From contig CAVZLG010000010.1 in NCBI GenBank assembly GCA_963776075.1, positions 104,500 through 168,499 of the forward strand: a DNA stretch of 64,000 nt, in the 5' to 3' direction. The position numbers were made by a program, and so were the translations under genes. Shown piece by piece: positions 25,474 through 34,636 of this stretch. Position 1 is the stretch's first letter, and each line of letters starts with the position of its first letter. The DNA is from an uncultured delta proteobacterium (GTDB lineage Bacteria; Desulfobacterota; Desulfobulbia; Desulfobulbales; Desulfocapsaceae). The notes below the pieces were generated by a model. That model ran no database searches. It saw only the letters and a list, made by a program, of their open reading frames with translations, and was not told the DNA's origin.

Positions 25474-26331
25474 TCAAAATGCCTTAAAAAGGGCTCCTGC
25501 GGTGTATGGAGACGTCGCGACGCCGGTCATACGGACATGCTCGGCTGTCGTAAATCCTGTTTTTTTAAGGAGTTCCAACTGATCTCTCACGGAGATCGCA
25601 CCACCTATTCATTGTGACCAGTCATCAAGGCTGTCTGCCACTCCAGGTGGCGGTTCCTGCGTCAGAACAATATCAGCGAACTGCAGATATCCCCCTGGAC
25701 TGAGGACACGACGTATTTCTCTGAATAATTTAAACTTACTGGGTGACAGATTAAAAACACCGTTTGATATCACATAATCAAAGCTGTCCTGATCATAGGG
25801 AAGCGATTCACCTGAAACCTTCTGGACGGTTATTGTCTGATTACCAAATTCTGTAATGAGGGATTGCGCCTTGCCCACCATCTCTTCGGTGAGATCGATA
25901 CCGCACACGCGCCCTCCAGGACCAACCATCCGGCTGGCAACGAGCAGGTCAAACCCGGCACCGCAGCCAATATCGAGGACACTGCCCTGCTCTTTTATCA
26001 CTTCAACAGAAAAGGGATTGCCGACACCGCAAAAGGAATTGAGAGCCTCATCCGGAATCTCGTCAATGATTGCCATATCATAGCCCAGAGCAACAGCACC
26101 CGATTTACCGGTCTGGTAGCGGAAGAGTCCTTCAGCAGACTGAGATACTTTTTGATATTTATTTTTAATCGCATCGCGAATCTGCTGCTGCTCCCCATCA
26201 GTGAAGGCATCATCAACAAGCTGATTTCTTGAAACAATTTTATCTGAAACTATCTGGTTCCGGTCACCGCCGGAACTGTTTTTCGGCGCTCACTTGCCGG
26301 ATTTCAAATCACATGTAAGGTGCGTACTCAT
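25474..26331 (-). CDS. ArsM/UbiE-type SAM-dependent methyltransferase, predicted selenoprotein with two in-frame UGA codons (285 codons)
   Basis: ATG 26331. TGA at 26290-26292 and at 25609-25611, real stop at 25474. SAM motif VLDIGCGAGFD and ArsM-like LGYD..IDEIPDEALNSFCGVGNPF. The C-terminal DDWSQ-U-IGGAISVRDQLELLKKTGF... continues in frame. The ORF track shows only 25609..26076. Confidence 0.7.
25581..25597 (-). promoter_or_regulatory. candidate bacterial SECIS hairpin for the second UGA
   Basis: GATCTC-CGTGA-GAGATC, starting 11 nt after the UGA. The loop resembles that of the first hairpin. Confidence 0.45.
26258..26275 (-). promoter_or_regulatory. candidate bacterial SECIS hairpin for the first UGA
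   Basis: TTCCGG-CGGTGA-CCGGAA, starting 14 nt after the UGA. Confidence 0.45.
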
Positions 26332-26615
26332 GTTTTTCACTCTCTGCTGATGTTCACAAAAAAAAAGTATTACTACTGACTATACCTACGATGTAGGCAT
26401 TCGTAAATACCAGGATAGCTCACCGGTACATCTCATCACCTGATCAGACCCGGACGAATAAATCTCTTCAGCAGTAAAATTTCTAATGAAATACTATGCA
26501 CCTGTCTGCGACTGACGGATAAGGTATTGCAATTTACCACGGATGAGATTATGCAGGGACCTGGAATCTTTAACTACCTGAACAGTATGACAATAACGAT
26601 AGTTGTATATACCTG

Positions 26616-27242
26616 ATGATACCTATTGAAACACAATTAACATTTTTTCTGGCATCCGTACTCCTTGCCCTCGCGCCCGGGCCAGACAATATATTTGTAC
26701 TGACCCAGTCTGCCCTGTACGGCAGATCCTCTGGAATAGCTGTCGTCTTTGGCTTATGCTCGGGCCTCATCGTCCACAGCTGCGCAGTGGCACTGGGTGT
26801 TGCCGTTATCTTTCAAACCTCGGCAATTGCCTTTTCCATACTCAAATTAATTGGTGCAGGTTATCTTCTCTACCTGGCCTGGCAGGCTTTTCGGGCACCG
26901 GCGAACGAGATCCTGGACGGCAATGGAGGCCGGATAAACCTCTGGAAGCTCTATCGCCGTGGTATCATCATGAATATTACAAATCCGAAGGTTTCCATCT
27001 TCTTCCTGGCCTTTTTGCCGCAATTTGCCGACCCGCTGCGAGGACCGGTATCGCTGCAGATCCTTTACCTTGGGGGGCTGTTTATCATTTCAACAATCCT
27101 GGTGTTTGGCTCCATAGCTCTTTTGGCGGGGACACTCGGACAATGGCTGAAACAATCGACTCGTACTCAGATCGTCCTCAACAAACTGGCAGGAACTGTC
27201 TTCCTGGGGCTGGCACTCAAACTGGCAACGACAGACAGGTAA
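26616..27242 (+). CDS. LysE/RhtB family amino-acid efflux protein
   Basis: 208 aa, about 6 TM. N-terminal FLASVLLALAPGPDNIFVLTQS is the family signature. Confidence 0.85.
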   Translation: MIPIETQLTFFLASVLLALAPGPDNIFVLTQSALYGRSSGIAVVFGLCSGLIVHSCAVALGVAVIFQTSAIAFSILKLIGAGYLLYLAWQAFRAPANEILDGNGGRINLWKLYRRGIIMNITNPKVSIFFLAFLPQFADPLRGPVSLQILYLGGLFIISTILVFGSIALLAGTLGQWLKQSTRTQIVLNKLAGTVFLGLALKLATTDR

Positions 27243-27284
27243 ATGATCCAAATGCCCTGTCAGTAGATCCTGTTCTTTACCGAT

Positions 27285-28088
27285 CTATGAAAAAAACCGT
27301 GCTGCAATCTCTTTCATCAGTTTGGCTGCAACCATCGCGGTCACATTCTGGATATCCCGTTGCGGATTGTACTCAACAATATCAGCCGCCACGAGTTCAC
27401 CCCTGACATTCTGTATTACACGGATCAGTTCGCGCGTTGTCAGCCCCCCCGGTTCATGGTGTGATATTCCAGGTGCATATGCAGGATCAAGCACATCGAG
27501 GTCTAAAGAGAGATATACCGGACCGTCAAATTCAAGAATCATTGCGGGATCAAAGCACTTCATATCGATGATCTCTACCCCGAATCGCTCCGCCTGATCT
27601 TTCTGGTGCTGGTTCATGGTCCGTATACCGACAGACACCAGCCGTTTTGCCAGGCCATTTTCCATAATACGGGCAAATGGGCAGGCGTGGGAATACTTGT
27701 CACCGTCAAGCTGGTCGTACAGATCAGGGTGAGCATCAAAATGGAGGATATTGAGATTCCGATATCGACTGGTAACCCCTTTTACCAGCGGGTAGGTAAT
27801 TGCATGATCACCACCTAAAAAAAGAGGTGAAATGCCACCAGCCACCTGCTCTGACGCGCAGTCAGAAAGCTCATCGATAACTCGATCGCCTGGAGATAAT
27901 TCAACAGTGCCGGTAAAGGTGAAATTCTCATCCGCACCAAGGTCATGGCCATTCTCTGCATATCTATTGGCAGAGTCACAATTAAACGCATCCCAAATCT
28001 TACCGGGTGCATCGCCACAGCCGCGCATAAACGATGATTTTTCATCCCAGGGAATGCCGATCACATGAACGTTTGCTGTTTTCATCAT
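27285..28088 (-). CDS. speB: agmatinase/arginase (ureohydrolase) family protein
   Basis: Mn-binding motifs GGDHAITYP, HFDAHPDLYD and SLDLDVLDPAYAPG. The exact guanidino substrate is uncertain. Confidence 0.8.
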   Translation of the reverse strand: MMKTANVHVIGIPWDEKSSFMRGCGDAPGKIWDAFNCDSANRYAENGHDLGADENFTFTGTVELSPGDRVIDELSDCASEQVAGGISPLFLGGDHAITYPLVKGVTSRYRNLNILHFDAHPDLYDQLDGDKYSHACPFARIMENGLAKRLVSVGIRTMNQHQKDQAERFGVEIIDMKCFDPAMILEFDGPVYLSLDLDVLDPAYAPGISHHEPGGLTTRELIRVIQNVRGELVAADIVEYNPQRDIQNVTAMVAAKLMKEIAARFFS

Positions 28089-28175
28089 ATTTTCACCTTT
28101 TCGTTCCCGGAGCTGTCATTCCGCTAAAGATCATAAAAAACTGATACCCAGAACTGCTGTTCATCAACCCACGTG

Positions 28176-29462
28176 TTAATGGCTCACATTTAAGGCCAGA
28201 TATATTAATGGCAGCATGTACAGGAGAAAGAGAACCAGCTTCGAATGATGCCATTTTTTCATAAACACCAGGATAACCAGCCCGGCAAATACCGCCGAAC
28301 CTCTAAGCCCCATTGACATATAACTCCAGCTCAGAATTGTTGAATCAAGCCCGGTGAGGACAAGCAAAGAGGCCGAAATCAACACCAGGAAGGTGGTGAT
28401 CCTCAAGAGCCTGACCGGTTGAATCCTCTGCAGGAAGGCTGCATTTTTCAGTGGAAAATCATTATACAGATTTGTTGTTACTCCAAGCAGCAAACCTGCA
28501 GCAGTTCCAAGGACGATCAAGAGGATTCCTGCTGAAAAGAGTGCAGCAACGGGCGCGGGGAAACTATGATGCAGAAAGTATGGCAGCGCCTGGGCACTGT
28601 TTGCTCCGAGTTCAGGAACGTTCGCTCTCAGGTAGAGACCAATTATTATACCAAAAACACCGATCGGAGGGATCAACGCGGCACTCAGAAAAGCGCCGTT
28701 ACGCGCTTCTCTTACATTTTTTGCTGAAAAAATAGCCTGGAGATAGATTTGAGTAGAAAGGACACCGACCAGCATGGAAAACATATCGATGGCGGCAGAC
28801 TTTACGCCATAAACAGAAAAATCAAGCATACCGCTGTCAACAGGCAGGTGGGCGAGAATTTCACTCATTCCACCTCCTTTTTTCAAGGCCAGCCAGGCAC
28901 TTGCAATCATAATGATATAGAGCATGAAGAACTTGATTTTACCGATCAGTCCGGCGCCTGAGATTCCACCGGTAACCACAAAGATGCCAATCAGCAATGT
29001 CGTTATCAAAACCGAACTGATATCGCCAAAATGAAATACCGACTGCAGGATAGCAATTGAGGCGAGAAACTGGCCGACGACATGAATGAACATGCCGGCA
29101 GAGTTAAAAGTACTGCTGTAATACTGAAACCGTTTGCCAAAATAATTACCGAGATACTCCGAAACGGTTACAACCCCTTCCTCTCTCAGAGCTTTTGCAA
29201 AAAAACAGCCGAGCAGAAAACAGGAGATGCCGCTCCCGAATGTAAAGATGCAGGCAGAGATTCCGTAAGAATATGCCGCCTGAACCGTTCCAACGGTAGA
29301 GACACCACCGACAATTGTACCGATAATGATCCAGGATACGCCCGTAAACGGCAGGGACCGATCGGCGAGAGAGAAGTCTGAGGCAGATTTAATCCGTGAA
29401 GCGCCTCTGCAGGCGAGCAGCGATATAATAATAAACGTGATGACAAACGTAAATTGATACAA
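28176..29462 (-). CDS. sodium:solute symporter (SSF) family transporter
   Basis: 428 aa polytopic membrane protein with an SSF-like N-terminus (DFSLADRSLPFTGVSWIIIGTIVGGVSTVG). TTG start. Confidence 0.7.
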   Translation of the reverse strand: MYQFTFVITFIIISLLACRGASRIKSASDFSLADRSLPFTGVSWIIIGTIVGGVSTVGTVQAAYSYGISACIFTFGSGISCFLLGCFFAKALREEGVVTVSEYLGNYFGKRFQYYSSTFNSAGMFIHVVGQFLASIAILQSVFHFGDISSVLITTLLIGIFVVTGGISGAGLIGKIKFFMLYIIMIASAWLALKKGGGMSEILAHLPVDSGMLDFSVYGVKSAAIDMFSMLVGVLSTQIYLQAIFSAKNVREARNGAFLSAALIPPIGVFGIIIGLYLRANVPELGANSAQALPYFLHHSFPAPVAALFSAGILLIVLGTAAGLLLGVTTNLYNDFPLKNAAFLQRIQPVRLLRITTFLVLISASLLVLTGLDSTILSWSYMSMGLRGSAVFAGLVILVFMKKWHHSKLVLFLLYMLPLIYLALNVSH

Positions 29463-29783
29463 CGAAAGACCTCTCTCCCTATTACTTAAAACCCGTTAGC
29501 AGCTCTGCACCTGAAGCAACGAAACAAAATAAAATCGCAGAGGCGATGATACTGCTTTTCTTATTCAATAGGCAACAATCTTATTACGAAATCTGCAAAT
29601 ATGGCAGGGCCAGAGAAGGGGTCCAGGCACTATACGATTTGAGTCCCAGAGCGCATTGATTGAGCAGCTGACAGATCAGTCAGCTATTGGTTAGTCAAGG
29701 CGAGCTTTACCCCCAAAGCTGCAAAGGTAGCAGCGAAGGTACGCTGTGTCCAGGTAAGAAGTTTTGGGGAGTGCAGAACATAT

Positions 29784-30854
29784 TTAATGAATAGGTCCAC
29801 CCATATTGGAAGCGTATTGCTGATAGACATATACGCAATACACCCCGAGCAACCATGCCCCCTGCCAGCGCCTGAATGATCCCGATTTGTTCATGGAGAT
29901 AAAAAGTCTGAAGGAAAAAAGGATAATCAGCATAGCGGGGAAATGAAAATAATAAAAGTTCTCGGGAATCTCAAGCGGTGCTGCAGCTGCAGCTGCACCG
30001 ATAACAAAAAGACAGTTGAGCACATCCGCACCGACGATATTGCCCAGGGTAATTTCAGGATGGCCTTTTCGTATTGCTGAAATTGCCGTCATCAATTCCG
30101 GCAGCGAGGTTCCAAAAGCGACCATGGTTGCAGCGATTACATCATCGGGAACGCCAAAGCGTACGGCAACCTCTGAGGCGCTTGGCACAAGGACCCGCGC
30201 ACTGGCTATTACCAGGAGCAGCCCGCCCATGATCATGATCCAGGTAAGCGTAAGCCCTTTTGTTTCCTGCGCTTCCAGATTACTTTCTGGTGTGAATTGG
30301 GTATCGCTGTCTTTTGACCAGACATAGGTCATATAGAGATAGAGGATAAGAAGGGCGAGAAAGAAGAAACCAACCCATCGCTCAAGAATGGGGGTGCCGT
30401 CTTGCGGAGCCACCAGAAGCGCCTGGATTGAAAGCAGGACAAGAAGGACTGCTGCGCCAACCTGTACCCACCCGGTACGATTTAAAATCTGCCGATTAAC
30501 CGGTATTGCAACCAGCAGGCACGTCAATCCGAAAATCAGGCCGGTATCAGCAATAATCGACCCAACTCCGTTCCCAAGTGCCAGGCCAGGATTACCCATA
30601 TAGGCTGCCATCACCGAGACAAATGCCTCAGGCATCGTAGTTCCAAGTGATACGATGGTTGCACCAATGACGACGGTTGGTAGCCCGGTTCTCAGAGCAA
30701 GGCTGACGACACCGTCTATCATCCAGTCGGCACCAAGGGAGAGGACAGCGATACAGATGACAATAACCAGCAGTAGCATCGGCGTTGAAAATCCGTTTAC
30801 AAACTGATGCAGGACAGCTTCATCACCGATCCACTGCCAAACACTGTAGTTCAT
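29784..30854 (-). CDS. Ca2+/Na+ antiporter (CaCA/YrbG family)
   Basis: Two alpha-repeats: GATIVSLGTTMPEAFVS and MVAFGTSLPELMTAI. Confidence 0.85.
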   Translation of the reverse strand: MNYSVWQWIGDEAVLHQFVNGFSTPMLLLVIVICIAVLSLGADWMIDGVVSLALRTGLPTVVIGATIVSLGTTMPEAFVSVMAAYMGNPGLALGNGVGSIIADTGLIFGLTCLLVAIPVNRQILNRTGWVQVGAAVLLVLLSIQALLVAPQDGTPILERWVGFFFLALLILYLYMTYVWSKDSDTQFTPESNLEAQETKGLTLTWIMIMGGLLLVIASARVLVPSASEVAVRFGVPDDVIAATMVAFGTSLPELMTAISAIRKGHPEITLGNIVGADVLNCLFVIGAAAAAAPLEIPENFYYFHFPAMLIILFSFRLFISMNKSGSFRRWQGAWLLGVYCVYVYQQYASNMGGPIH

Positions 30855-31089
30855 TTCTCCTCCATGAACGCTACATTCATCCTGGTCATCCCTTAGCTGG
30901 AAACAAATGAGATTTCTTTATCATTCTTTAAACTGGATCGAACAGGATTATAAAGCATCTGATCCGAATTTAAAGGAACATAATAGTTTTTATCGCAGAT
31001 TTTCAATCTACAACCGTTTCTGAAAGGCACGGCCAATTCCACTGGTTGACATTGATGATACATTGCTATATATCTGAACCTTCATTGAA

Positions 31090-31166
31090 ACGTGCAGGGG
31101 TGGCTATAGCCTGAGATGATACCCGTTGAACCTGACCTGGTTAATGCCAGCGTAGGGAAATGCATC
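31090..31166 (+). promoter_or_regulatory. TPP (THI-box) riboswitch
   Basis: gcaGGGGTGgctatagcCTGAGAtgatACCCgtTGAACCTGAcCTGGtTAATGCCAGCGTAGGGAAatgc matches the THI element core and lies upstream of thiM. Confidence 0.85.
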
Positions 31167-31259
31167 GGTCAGAATTATTTCCTCATTTGACTTACCTGCC
31201 CATCTCGGCCAAAGCTGTTAACATTCCTGGAAATATTAACTCCAGATGAAGAGGGGCTC

Positions 31260-32066
31260 ATGTCTGATATCGCTGACAAAACTGCAGAAAATTTACAGCT
31301 TATCCGTCAGGACAAGCCGTTGATCCACAATATCACCAACTTCGTGGTAATGAACTACACCGCCAATGTTCTGCTGGCAATGGGCGCTTCGCCCGTTATG
31401 GCACACGCCAGGGAAGAGGTTGAGGAGATGGTTTCTTATGCCGGCTCTCTTGTATTAAACATCGGCACGCTCTCCGAAATATGGATAGAGTCCATGATTA
31501 AAGCGGGCAGAAAAGCTACAAAAACTGGAACTCCAATTATTTTTGATCCGGTTGGCTCAGGCGCTACTCATTTCCGAACCAGCACTGCGAAAACCCTGCT
31601 CGATGAAACCGTTGTCAGTATCATTCGGGGCAACAGTTCTGAAATTCTCTCACTTGGAGACCCTGATTCCATGACCAGGGGAGTTGATGCCATGCATACG
31701 GTGGATGATGCCGCCGAGACCAGCTCACAGCTGGCAACAGAACTTGGCACGACCCTGGCAATAACAGGTCCCGTGGATCTCATTACAGATGGTGTACGGG
31801 TCGTTCGTGTTGAAAACGGTGACGCGATGATGCCCTACGTTACCGGAACCGGATGTTCAGCAACAGCAGTAATTGGAGCCTTTGCAGCGGTTGAAAAGAA
31901 CATGGTTGCTGCCGCGGCAGGAGGACTGGCCTTTATCGGCCTTGCCGGTGAAAAAGCGGCAGAAACCAGCCGTGGTCCTGGCAGTTTTATGATTGCACTG
32001 CTCGACGCTCTTTACAACCTGACACCTGAAGAAGTAAAGGCAGGGTGCCGGATCGTCGAGGCGTAA
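31260..32066 (+). CDS. thiM: hydroxyethylthiazole kinase
   Basis: PLIHNITNFVVMNYTANVLLAMGASPVMAHA... Confidence 0.9.
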   Translation: MSDIADKTAENLQLIRQDKPLIHNITNFVVMNYTANVLLAMGASPVMAHAREEVEEMVSYAGSLVLNIGTLSEIWIESMIKAGRKATKTGTPIIFDPVGSGATHFRTSTAKTLLDETVVSIIRGNSSEILSLGDPDSMTRGVDAMHTVDDAAETSSQLATELGTTLAITGPVDLITDGVRVVRVENGDAMMPYVTGTGCSATAVIGAFAAVEKNMVAAAAGGLAFIGLAGEKAAETSRGPGSFMIALLDALYNLTPEEVKAGCRIVEA

Positions 32067-32078
32067 AAGCGTCCATGA

Positions 32079-32216
32079 GCAAAGGGCCCTCATAACGGTG
32101 CTGACGTGAAAAAGACAGGATCCGATGGCATTGCCGTGGTCTCTGCAATCGTTTCAGCACCGTGCCCTGAGACTGCTGCCAGGAATGTAAGCAAGATGCA
32201 TTGCCGTGCTCATTAA
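32079..32216 (+). pseudogene. thiE: remnant of thiamine-phosphate synthase (ThiE) C-terminus, about 45 codons, no start codon
   Basis: Own translation: AKGPHNGADVKKTGSDGIAVVSAIVSAPCPETAARNVSKMHCRAH. Compare the ThiE C-terminus GADG(I/V)(A/S)V(V/I)SAI..A.DP..AA. The frame opens directly after a TGA at 32076. Confidence 0.5.
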
Positions 32217-32229
32217 GGAGATTTTTCTG

Positions 32230-33051
32230 ATGACTGAACAAGACAAACACTATTTCAGAGTATTAACAATTGCAGGATCCGACAGTGGGGGCGGCGCCGG
32301 CATTCAGGCCGATCTTAAAACCATTTCGGCGAACAACTGTTACGGTATGTCTGTTATTACTGCACTGACAGCACAGAACACCGTAGGAGTAACCGGTATA
32401 CATCCGGTTCCTGTCAGCTTTGTTGAAAAACAGCTTGAAGCGGTCCTCACGGATATCGGTACCGACGGTATCAAAATAGGAATGTTGTTCTCTGCTGAGC
32501 TGATTACAACCGTTGCCGAATCGCTTAAAAAGTTCAAATGCAGCAATATCGTACTCGATCCGGTAATGATTGCTCAGAGTGGAGACCCACTCATTGAAGA
32601 CGATGCCGTCAAGGCCCTGAAAACTTCACTGATCCCTATTGCCGATCTTATTACGCCCAATCTTCCCGAAGCCTCTGCCCTGCTTGACCGGGATATCAGG
32701 ACCCGTGATGACCTGGAGCAGGCAGCGATTGATCTCCAGAAACTCGGCTGCACGAATGTTTTAATTAAAGGCGGGCATCTGGAAGAGGGAGAAGACAGCG
32801 ACGACCTGCTTTATCTGGGAAATGAAGCAAGGACGATTACCTTTCCCGTTAAGCGTATCGAGACAAACAACAATCATGGAACCGGCTGTACACTCTCATC
32901 AGCTATCGCCTCAGGGCTTGCCAGGGGGTATACAACAGAGCAGGCGGTGAGAGAGGCCAAAGAATATATAACAGGGGCCATTGCCGCTGGAGCCGCATAC
33001 AAGATAGGCCGTGGCCACGGTCCGGTACATCATTTTTTTCGTTCGTATTGA
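32230..33051 (+). CDS. thiD: hydroxymethylpyrimidine/phosphomethylpyrimidine kinase
   Basis: VLTIAGSDSGGGAGIQADLKT. AAGGAG lies 9 nt upstream of ATG 32230 (ORF-track start 32206). Confidence 0.9.
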   Translation: MTEQDKHYFRVLTIAGSDSGGGAGIQADLKTISANNCYGMSVITALTAQNTVGVTGIHPVPVSFVEKQLEAVLTDIGTDGIKIGMLFSAELITTVAESLKKFKCSNIVLDPVMIAQSGDPLIEDDAVKALKTSLIPIADLITPNLPEASALLDRDIRTRDDLEQAAIDLQKLGCTNVLIKGGHLEEGEDSDDLLYLGNEARTITFPVKRIETNNNHGTGCTLSSAIASGLARGYTTEQAVREAKEYITGAIAAGAAYKIGRGHGPVHHFFRSY

Positions 33052-33099
33052 TCCCGCAAGATCGTGAACCCGGATCGAGGCCAGCCTGGTAGTTTGATT

Positions 33100-33825
33100 A
33101 TGCCATCAGTTATGCTCGACAAGGTGTCTCTTTCCTTTGAAGGGACAACCATATTTGATCAACTATCACTGCAGATAGAAGGCGGCAAGTGCACCTGCAT
33201 CCTCGGACCAAGCGGCTGCGGTAAATCCACCCTCCTGAAGATGATCTCGGGTAATCGTTCAATTAAGTACCAGGGATCGATCCGGATAACTCCCGGGCCT
33301 GCAGATACAAATCTCACCGCCTGGATGAGCCAGAACGATCTGCTTCTTCCCTGGATGAGCTTAGAAGACAACGTGCTGCTTGGAGCAAAGCTTCGCTTTG
33401 AAGTTTCATCTTCTCTGCGCGAAAAAGGAGCCCGACTTCTTGAGGAAGCAGGATTGGGCGCATATAGAAAATCACTGCCATCAGCCCTTTCCGGTGGAAT
33501 GCGGCAGCGGGTTGCACTGCTGCGGACGCTCATGGAAGATCGTCCGGTCCTGCTCATGGACGAGCCGTTTTCCGCACTTGATGCCCTCACCAGGATCAAG
33601 CTGCAGCAGCTGGCAGCCAAACTGACCAAGGGCAAGACCGTACTGCTGGTAACCCATGATCCACTCGAAGCGCTCCGGCTGGGAGACAAAATACTGGTTC
33701 TGGCAGGTACCCCTGCAAGCGTGGCGGCATCCTTCGAACCTGAAGGGAAATCTCCCCGGGATGCAGGCGACAGTGTCGTCAGCGAGCAATATCCGCTGCT
33801 GCTGAAAACACTGATGAAACAATAA
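33100..33825 (+). CDS. ABC transporter ATP-binding protein (NitT/TauT family, ThiZ-like)
   Basis: Walker A GPSGCGKST, signature LSGGMRQR, Walker B LLMDEPFSALD. Start is either 33064 (GTG) or 33100 (ATG). Confidence 0.85.
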   Translation: MPSVMLDKVSLSFEGTTIFDQLSLQIEGGKCTCILGPSGCGKSTLLKMISGNRSIKYQGSIRITPGPADTNLTAWMSQNDLLLPWMSLEDNVLLGAKLRFEVSSSLREKGARLLEEAGLGAYRKSLPSALSGGMRQRVALLRTLMEDRPVLLMDEPFSALDALTRIKLQQLAAKLTKGKTVLLVTHDPLEALRLGDKILVLAGTPASVAASFEPEGKSPRDAGDSVVSEQYPLLLKTLMKQ

Positions 33826-33871
33826 AACATAAAGGAATCGGCGGCTCTATCAAGCGCTCAAAAATGACCAG

Positions 33872-34636
33872 ATGATACTTTTCAGACTCGCGATACTTGG
33901 GGCAGGCTTTACGCTGCTCTGGCAACTGCTCGTCAGTATCACCGGGGCGCCCCACTACATTCTCCCCGGTCCGGGGCCGGTCTGTAACGCCCTGATTAAC
34001 AACTGGTCAACGCTTTTTAACCACCTGCAGATCACTGTTACCGAAATATTAGCCGGCCTTGCGATTGGAACCCTCCTCGGTTGCTCTTGCGCCCTGGCCA
34101 TGTTCCTGTCTCCCCACCTGAAGAGATGGATGCTGCCGGTACTCATTATCAGTCAGGCAATTCCTGTTTTTGCTCTTGCGCCAATACTCGTTCTGTGGTT
34201 CGGATATGGAATGGCCTCCAAGATAGCCATGGCTGTTCTGATCATCTTTTTCCCGGTAGCCTCTTCATTCTACCACGGTTTGCGTAGAACGGAACCCGAC
34301 CTTCTCGAACTTGCCCGGGTTATGGATGCAGGTACTTATGGCGTCATGCGCTTTATTGTGATCCCATCCGCCATACCCGCTTTTGCTGCAGGCCTCAGGG
34401 TTGCTGTGGCCGTTGCACCAATCGGCGCTATCGTCGGTGAATGGGTAGGATCCAGTGCCGGCCTTGGTTACTATATGCTGCACGCGAATGCCCGCATGCA
34501 GATAGACAATATGTTTGCGGCACTGACACTGCTGTCGGTTGCCTCGTTATCCATCTATTTTTCAATAGATTTCCTGTTAAACAAATTAATTTACTGGGAA
34601 ACCCCACAGGAGTTAAATCATGCACGTGGTATGTAA
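33872..34636 (+). CDS. ABC transporter permease (ThiX-like)
   Basis: 254 aa, 6 TM, with an EAA-like loop (ELARVMDAGTYGVMRFIVIPSAIP). Confidence 0.85.
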   Translation: MILFRLAILGAGFTLLWQLLVSITGAPHYILPGPGPVCNALINNWSTLFNHLQITVTEILAGLAIGTLLGCSCALAMFLSPHLKRWMLPVLIISQAIPVFALAPILVLWFGYGMASKIAMAVLIIFFPVASSFYHGLRRTEPDLLELARVMDAGTYGVMRFIVIPSAIPAFAAGLRVAVAVAPIGAIVGEWVGSSAGLGYYMLHANARMQIDNMFAALTLLSVASLSIYFSIDFLLNKLIYWETPQELNHARGM

